Shown one piece after another: positions 61,180-64,000 of a stretch of 64,000 bases of DNA. The notes below the pieces were generated by a model. The model saw only the letters and a list, made by a program, of their open reading frames with translations, was not told the origin of the DNA and did no database searches. The position numbers and the translations under genes are program-made. Every line of letters starts with the position of its first letter. Within the stretch, counting starts at the first letter, position 1. Source of the stretch: an uncultured Candidatus Rokubacteria bacterium (GTDB lineage: Bacteria; Methylomirabilota; Methylomirabilia; Rokubacteriales; DASRDR01); the NCBI GenBank assembly GCA_963805625.1, contig CAWDVE010000010.1:1248001-1312000 (forward strand), written 5' to 3'.

Positions 61180-62190
61180 ATGGGACGCGTACGCGGGGCT
61201 TCGTGGGGGGGGATCGGAGCGCTGCTCGTCGTCGCCCTGCTCCTGCCCTTCCCGCTGAGCGGCTTCCGCCTGTTCCAGTTCACCCAGGTGTGCGTGTACG
61301 CCATGGTCCTCCTCGGTCTCAATCTCCTGACCGGCTATAACGGTCAAATCTCCCTCGGGCACGGTGCCTTCTACGCTCTGGGGGCGTACACGACGGCCAT
61401 CATGATCGACCGCTGGGGCGTGGCCTACGGCTGGACGATCCCCGCCGCCGGCCTGGTGTGTTTCGTGGTGGGCTTCCTCTTCGGGATCCCGGCGCTCCGC
61501 CTCGAGGGGCTCCACCTCGCGCTGGCCACCTTCGCCCTCGCCCTCGCCGTGCCCCAGATCCTGAAGTACTTCGACTCCTGGACGGGTGGGTCCCAGGGCA
61601 TCGTGCTCTCGAAGCCCAAGGCGCCGTGGGGGCTGCCGCTGTCGAGGGACCAGTGGCTCTACTACCTCGCCCTGTCCGTCCTCATGCTCCTTTTGGTGCT
61701 GACGTGGAACCTCCTCCGGAGTCGGCCCGGACGCGCCATCGTCGCGATCAGGGACAACCCGATCGCCGCCCGGGCGATGGGTATCGACACCGCCCTCTAC
61801 AAGTCGCTGACGTTCGGGGTCAGCGCTTGCTACACTGGCGTGGCTGGCTCACTCGGGGGGCTCGCGGTAGCCTTCGTGGCGCCAGATTCGTTCAACGTGT
61901 TTCTCTCGATCACGTTCCTCGTCGGCATCGTGATTGGCGGGCTCGCCTCCGTCCCGGGGGCGATCTTCGGCGCGCTGTTCATCCAGTTCGTGCCCAACTA
62001 CGCCCAGGAAATTTCCAAGGCCGCGCCCTGGGCCATCTACGGCGTCTTCCTGATCGCGTTCATGTACGTCATGCCGGACGGGGTCGCCGGCTTTCTCCGA
62101 CGGGTCGCTCGCCGGCTCGGCGGGCGACCCGGTCCGGTCCATCCCGCAGCGTCCGCCACACCCAGAGGAGGGCAACATGCACAGGCATAG
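61180..62190 (+). CDS. livM: Liv-type ABC permease (second operon)
   Basis: GLNLLTGYNGQISLGHGAF, LRLEGL.LALAT, AIRDNP. Confidence 0.9.
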   Translation: MGRVRGASWGGIGALLVVALLLPFPLSGFRLFQFTQVCVYAMVLLGLNLLTGYNGQISLGHGAFYALGAYTTAIMIDRWGVAYGWTIPAAGLVCFVVGFLFGIPALRLEGLHLALATFALALAVPQILKYFDSWTGGSQGIVLSKPKAPWGLPLSRDQWLYYLALSVLMLLLVLTWNLLRSRPGRAIVAIRDNPIAARAMGIDTALYKSLTFGVSACYTGVAGSLGGLAVAFVAPDSFNVFLSITFLVGIVIGGLASVPGAIFGALFIQFVPNYAQEISKAAPWAIYGVFLIAFMYVMPDGVAGFLRRVARRLGGRPGPVHPAASATPRGGQHAQA

Positions 62191-63388
62191 GAGCGTTCTC
62201 GCCCTGATCTTGGTCGTCGCACTCGGCTTCGTCGCCGGCCCGGCCTTCGCGGCCGACCCCGGCGTGACGGCCACCGAGATCAAGCTCGGCAACACCAACC
62301 CCTACAGCGGGCCTGCCTCCGCATACGGGACCATCGGCAAGGCCATCGGCGCCTACTTCAAGAAGGTCAACGAGGAGGGCGGCATCAACGGCCGCAAGAT
62401 CAACTTCGTCACCCTCGACGACGGCTATAGCCCGCCCAAGGCCGTCGAGATGGTCCGGAAGCTCGTCGAGCAGGACCAGGTGCTCCTCCTCTTCCAGACC
62501 CTCGGCACGCCGTCGAACAGCGCCATCTGGAAGTACATGAACGATGAGCAGGTGCCGCAGCTCTTCGTGGCCACCGGCGCCACGAAGTGGGGCGACCCAA
62601 AGGGGCACCCGTGGACGATGGGCTGGCAGCCCACCTACCAGGCCGAGGGGCACATCTACGCCCAGTACGTGCTCAAGAACGTTCCGGACGCCAAGATCGG
62701 AATCCTCTTCCAGAACGACGACTACGGGAAGGACTACCTCAAGGGATTCAAGGATAGCCTCGGCGACGCCGCCAAGAAGGCGATCGTGCTCGAGCAGTCG
62801 TACGAGGTCACGGACCCCACCGTCGACTCCCAGATCGTCAACCTCAAAAACAGCGGCGCCAACGTGTTCTTCAACGTCACGACGCCGAAGTTCGCGGCCC
62901 AGGCGATCAAGAAGGCGGCGGACATCGGCTGGAAGCCGATCCACCTCTTGAACAACGTGTCTGCCTCGGTGGGCGCGGTGCTCAAGCCGGCCGGCCTGGA
63001 CGCGTCGAAGGGTCTGATCACGGCCCAGTACCTGAAGGACCCGACGGATCCCCAGTGGAAGAACGACCAGGGCTTCAAGGACTGGGTCGTCTTCATGGAC
63101 AAGTACTACCCCGACGGGAACAAGACGGACGCCTTCAACGTCTACGGCTACTCGGTCGCCCAGACGATGACCCAGGTGCTCAAGCAGGCTGGCAACGACC
63201 TCTCGCGAGCCAACGTCATGAAGCAGGCGGCGAGCCTCAAGGACTTCGTGGTCCCGATGCTCTTGCCGGGCATCAAGATCAACACGAGCCCGACGGACTT
63301 CTACCCGATCGAGCAGGAGCAGCTTGCCCGCTTCGACGGGGAGCGCTGGGTTCTCTTCGGCGAGATCTTCGACGCCTCGAAGAAGTAG
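62177..63388 (+). CDS. Liv-type ABC substrate-binding protein (second operon)
   Basis: Signal peptide, PYSGPASAYG, GGINGRKI..DDGYSP, QNDDYGKDY. Confidence 0.92.
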   Translation: MHRHRSVLALILVVALGFVAGPAFAADPGVTATEIKLGNTNPYSGPASAYGTIGKAIGAYFKKVNEEGGINGRKINFVTLDDGYSPPKAVEMVRKLVEQDQVLLLFQTLGTPSNSAIWKYMNDEQVPQLFVATGATKWGDPKGHPWTMGWQPTYQAEGHIYAQYVLKNVPDAKIGILFQNDDYGKDYLKGFKDSLGDAAKKAIVLEQSYEVTDPTVDSQIVNLKNSGANVFFNVTTPKFAAQAIKKAADIGWKPIHLLNNVSASVGAVLKPAGLDASKGLITAQYLKDPTDPQWKNDQGFKDWVVFMDKYYPDGNKTDAFNVYGYSVAQTMTQVLKQAGNDLSRANVMKQAASLKDFVVPMLLPGIKINTSPTDFYPIEQEQLARFDGERWVLFGEIFDASKK

Positions 63389-63410
63389 CGGCCCCTGCCG
63401 CGGCTGACGC

Positions 63411-63443
63411 GCGGCCCGTCGGGCTCGAGGCCCGGCGGGCCGC
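63411..63443 (+). terminator. GC-rich hairpin after the liv operon
   Basis: GCGGCCCGTCGGGC-TCGAG-GCCCGGCGGGCCGC. No U-tract, so terminator function is uncertain. Confidence 0.45.
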
Positions 63444-63751
63444 CGGCTTCTGGATCACGGCCACCCGGGGAACCGGCAGAGCACCGCGGGGACGTGGCTG
63501 CGGACCCTGTGTGGATTATGGGCAGCGGGGTCTGCTTCTTCGAGCGGAAGACCACTGGGCCAACGCCCGTCGTAGCCGTCGCCTGGCGAGGCGACTCTCG
63601 GAGACGCCAGAGGGATGCTGCGTCCGCCGATCAGGCCTGCCCCTTGCACATAGAACGTTGTCGCCCCGGAGCTGCCGAAGGGGAAGCGCGACACGCCGAC
63701 CTCGTGGCTGGCGGGCTCACGCGAGTGCGGTGCTACAATTTTCGTATTGGC

Positions 63752-64000
63752 ATGTATTCCTCGCGCACGGTCGAGACCCTGGCGGCTCGGCTCGAGGCAG
63801 CCCCGGTCCTCGTCCTGCTGCTCGACTACGACGGTACGCTGGTCCCGTTCGCGCCGACGCCGGATCTCGCCGAGCCCGACGACGAACTGATCGGCCTGCT
63901 CGGCAGCCTTGCCGCCCGGCCGGACACCGAGATCCACATCGTGAGCGGACGGCCCCGCGAGACGCTCGAGCGATGGCTCGGCGCCCTCCCGATCGGCCTT
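63752..64000 (+). CDS. otsB: Trehalose-6-phosphate phosphatase (partial, runs off window)
   Basis: LLLDYDGTLVPFAPTPDLAEPD..IVSGR (HAD IIB). Extended -10 TGcTACAAT upstream. Confidence 0.88.
   Translation, partial: MYSSRTVETLAARLEAAPVLVLLLDYDGTLVPFAPTPDLAEPDDELIGLLGSLAARPDTEIHIVSGRPRETLERWLGALPIGL

Overview
This is a GC-rich bacterial chromosomal window. Gene content and style (several Liv-type ABC operons, a DRR/ERR-motif small protein, a GGGTCAGA...TCTGACCC palindrome) suggest Candidatus Rokubacteria/Methylomirabilota, but that is inference only. I found no rRNA, complete tRNA, CRISPR array or prophage. About 55 intact CDSs are present, mostly metabolic: (1) a DgcA-like OYE flavoenzyme + EtfA + membrane Fe-S/CCG protein + EtfB operon running into a benzoate-CoA ligase; (2) an SDR-fold protein with both halohydrin dehalogenase signatures (HheD-like), directly upstream of a rhodanese-persulfide dioxygenase/TusA/DsrE2 cassette; (3) a Rid/SDR/SDR/class III aminotransferase block followed by two complete Liv-type ABC transporters; (4) AsnB, Lgt, PBP1B, TrkA, a UxaA-family dehydratase, GdhA, HisN, a Mesh1-like HD hydrolase and a signal-less VPS10-like protein. 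At least six decayed loci are present: JmjC, IS110, acyl-CoA dehydrogenase, DUF1344-like, DUF2848 and alpha/beta-hydrolase. The most notable observations are the halohydrin dehalogenase beside a sulfur relay, short 'relay' ORFs joined to both neighbours by ATGA/GTGA overlaps inside a liv operon, a small SD-led peptide ORF abutting asnB beside a JmjC remnant, and repeated leaderless-type promoter architecture. Family assignments come from motifs read by eye, not database searches.
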